A model generated the notes under the pieces. That model made no database searches. It worked only from the letters and a program-made list of their open reading frames with translations, and was not told the DNA's origin. From assembly GCF_963921235.1 (NCBI RefSeq), contig NC_086118.1, positions 15,378,001-15,442,000 of the forward strand: DNA of 64,000 nt. The letters are read 5' to 3'. The translations under genes were made by a program, and so were the position numbers. Within the stretch, counting starts at the first letter, position 1, and each line of letters opens with the position of its first letter. Source of the DNA: Mobula hypostoma (Eukaryota). Below, in pieces: positions 61,130 through 64,000 of the stretch.

Positions 61130-61505
61130 CAACCATGAAATCCAGGAGCTAATATTTTGAATCTGAAGCACCATCATGTCTCAAGATGGTAACCCTACAT
61201 GGATCCAAGATCTCACTTCCCTCACGTGGCAGGAGGAGAACATAGCAGAAGACCCCAGAGATTCTAGAATCATAAGTATCCACAAAAAAGATGACAATAC
61301 TGATTACAGTAGTTACAAAGGAATCTCCCTGCTGCTTGACCCCAGCAAAAAATATCACCAAATTTTTCTGGAGATCCATCCTACCAATAGCTAACTACCT
61401 TATTCTTGTCAGAAAACCCAGACTCCAACCACATAAGATATGATATCCACCACACAACAAATTCAGAAGAAAATGTGGTGAGCGATAACAGCCACAATAC
61501 ATTAT
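61130..61505 (+). mobile_element. RTE-like LINE fragment
   Basis: EDPRDSRIISIHKKDDNTDYSSYKGISLL resembles RTE KKGD...NYRGISLL. Confidence 0.65.
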
Positions 61506-62460
61506 TGTCATGGTCCGGTCCATGAATCCTGGTTCCAGGTTTTCCTGTTTTTTCCCTTGTTCTGTCAGATGCCTTAATTGAGACACCTGATTCTCATTTT
61601 GGGCTGGTACATAAATACCTCTCAAACCAAGGATTCCCTGCTGGACTGCTCCCTTCCCCTCCTCATTTGAATCCCTGGCAGTTTATCTCAACAGTTACTT
61701 CGGCACTAACCTTCTGCTGTAATCTTTGTCTGTTACCTTCGCGTGCTACCTTGCCTGTATCGTTGCCTAGTTCAGCTGCCTGAGTGAGACTGGAGCCATG
61801 TCTTGTCAAGATAAGAAACTATTTATCGTTGAGTTTGGAACTATCTCTTTGTGTCCCTGTGTTTTGTGTCCATGTCAAGAACAGTCCTGGCCCTAGGTCC
61901 TGTTCCCTAGGAGGGGTCCTTACTCTGTGTTAAGCCCCAGCCCTAAGTCCTGCTCCCAAGGAAGGGTCCCGCCTCTGTGTTCTGTGTTCCTGAGTTCCAA
62001 TTTCCAGGTGCCGTGTTCAAGTCCTGTCCAAGTAAAGGCTTTGTGTTCTCGCCCAGCCTGATGCTGGAGATTCCTTGTCCTGTGCTGGATCGTCCACATC
62101 TGAATCCTTGGCAGTTACCTGGGCAAATATCCTCAGCAGTCATCCCGGCCCCTGTGTTCAAGAAAAGGTCCCGGCCCTGCATCCTAGAAGGGTCCTGGTG
62201 GCTCCGAGCCCAAGTAGGAGTCCTGGCTCCGTACCCTAGAGCCTAACCCAGCCAAATCTAGTTCAAGAGGCACGTCCTGCACTGGAGATTCCTCGTCCTG
62301 CGCTGAGATTCCTCATCCAGCCTGGTGCAGGAGTTCCCTCGTCCTGTCCAAGCCAAGACCAAGAACCTCATCCTGTCCAAGTCAAGGTTTTGTGTTCTCA
62401 TTCTGTCCACCTACCTCGTCCTCTGCAGGCATTCCACGCCCAGTCCTGTAGCCATGTACT
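61506..62460 (+). mobile_element. LTR-like element (same family as 35084), 3'-truncated
   Basis: tgtcatggtccggtccat...cataaatacc; internal gtcctg-type repeats. Confidence 0.65.
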
Positions 62461-62469
62461 GTCCACATC

Positions 62470-62870
62470 TATACAGGAGAAATCCATATACACTACATCT
62501 ACTGCTCTACCTTCATCAACGTGTTTAGTCACATCCTCAAAAAATTCAGTCAGGCTCATAAGGCCTGACCTGCCTTTGACAAAGCTATGCTGACTATTCC
62601 TAATCATATTATGCCTCTCCAAATGTTCATAAATCCAGCCTCGCAGCATCTTCTCCATCAACTTACCAACCACTGAAGTAAGACTCACTGGTCTATAATT
62701 TCCTGGGCTATCTCTACTCCCTTTCGTGAATAAGGAAACAACATCTGCAACCCTCCAATCCTCCAGAACCTCCCCCGTCCCCATTGATGATGCAAAGATC
62801 ATTGCCAGAGGCTCAGCAATCTCTTCCCTCGCCTCGCACAGTAGCCTGGTGCACATCTCGTCCGGTCCCT
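62470..62870 (-). mobile_element. CR1 RT fragment
   Basis: PGNYRPVSLTSVVGKLME, AVDVVYMDFS. Confidence 0.9.
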
Positions 62871-63550
62871 TTGTTAGAAGGAATAAAGACAAAGACTATT
62901 TTCTCAATAGGCAGTGGATTCAGAAATCAGAGGTGCAACGGGACTTGCGAACTCTAGTGCTGGATCCCCTGGAATATACTTGCAGTATATTAACTTGCAA
63001 TAGTAAGGAAGACAAATGCAATGTTAGCATTCATTTTGGGAAGATTGTAGGTTAAAAGCAAGGATGTAATGCTGAGGCTTTATAGTGGGTTGGTCAGACC
63101 ACATTTGGTGTACTCTGAGCAGTTTTGGGTCTCACTTCAAAGAATACATGTGCTGGCACTAGAGAGCACCCAGAGGATGCTTATGAGAATGATCCAGGAA
63201 TGAAAACATTAACATATGCAGACTGTTTGGTTGTCCTTGGCCTGAACTCACTGGAGTTTGGAAGGATGAGGTGGAGATCTCACTGAATATTGAAAGGCTT
63301 CGACAGAGTGGATCTGGAGAAGATGTTTCCATTATTGGGGGAGTTTACAACTAGAGGGCACAGCCTCTGAATAGAAGGATGTCTCTTGAGAATGAGATGA
63401 GAAGGAATTTATTCAGCCAGAGGACACCGAATCTATGGAATTCATTGGCAACTATGGAAGGCAAGTCATGATCAGCCATAGTGGAATGGTGGAGCAGACT
63501 CAATGGGCTGGAAGGCTTAACTCTACTCTTATATCTTGTGGTCTTATAAA
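62871..63550 (+). mobile_element. CR1 3' part
   Basis: QKSEVQRDL...; CR1 tail. Confidence 0.85.
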
Positions 63551-63569
63551 GAGGCCAACAGGTTTGGAT

Positions 63570-64000
63570 CTACATTCCAAAATTGGTAGATGTTGGTGCA
63601 GAATGCTTGGAGACTGTTATGGTACTCTTCAAAGACTCCAGATTCTGAAATATTCTCCTTAGATTTGGAAGTTCTTAAATTAAATTTAAAGAAGGAAGAG
63701 GGAAAATTAAGGTCTAAGTACCAGTTAAAGCAACACCAAATGTCAAGGTAATGCCAGAACCGGTTATTAAGAATGTGGAATAGGTTTCATGGAGTTGATG
63801 CAATGAATTAGCAGACATAGAGGATTGGTTAAAGACCAGAAACTAGAACAGAAATGAACCACAACTTTTCTGTTTACGTTGTTGTTACCTTTGGGTAGGG
63901 GTCAGTGGTGGACCTTATCTACAGAAATGGCTATCATGAAAGGTCAGAGAATTATTTAGCTATGTTTGCTGAAGATATTAAAGTTGATGGAGAAGAAGCC
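63570..64000 (+). mobile_element. Highly decayed CR1 RT fragment (runs off window)
   Basis: Residual MFAEDIKV (KFADDTK-like) motif. Confidence 0.5.

Overview
Vertebrate genomic DNA, inferred to be a cartilaginous fish (shark/ray) from the CR1-dominated repeat landscape with Penelope, Rex1 and V-SINE elements. The first 22.6 kb hold 37 GT-AG-bounded coding exons (exons 5-41 by the 41-exon convention) of an apparently intact, fast-skeletal-type sarcomeric myosin heavy chain gene on the + strand. These total 5457 nt in frame, ending at TAG 22491, with AATAAA at 22585. The 5' exons lie upstream of the window. The remaining ~41 kb is mostly nested transposable elements: CR1, Rex1, RTE, R4-like, Penelope, a decayed Ty3/Gypsy, LTR-like elements with a minisatellite expansion, and a hAT MITE (two Tigger-type elements sit in MYH introns). 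There is a 200-N gap. The most interesting signal is a family of short fold-back insertions with 12-16 bp target-site duplications. They derive from the Penelope 3' terminal repeat and all turn around within a minimal hammerhead-ribozyme motif. Weaker signals are a possible decayed Ig-superfamily gene on the minus strand and a possible splice-donor shift in myosin loop 1. No database searches were run. TE family assignments come from recognised motifs, and many TE boundaries are approximate.
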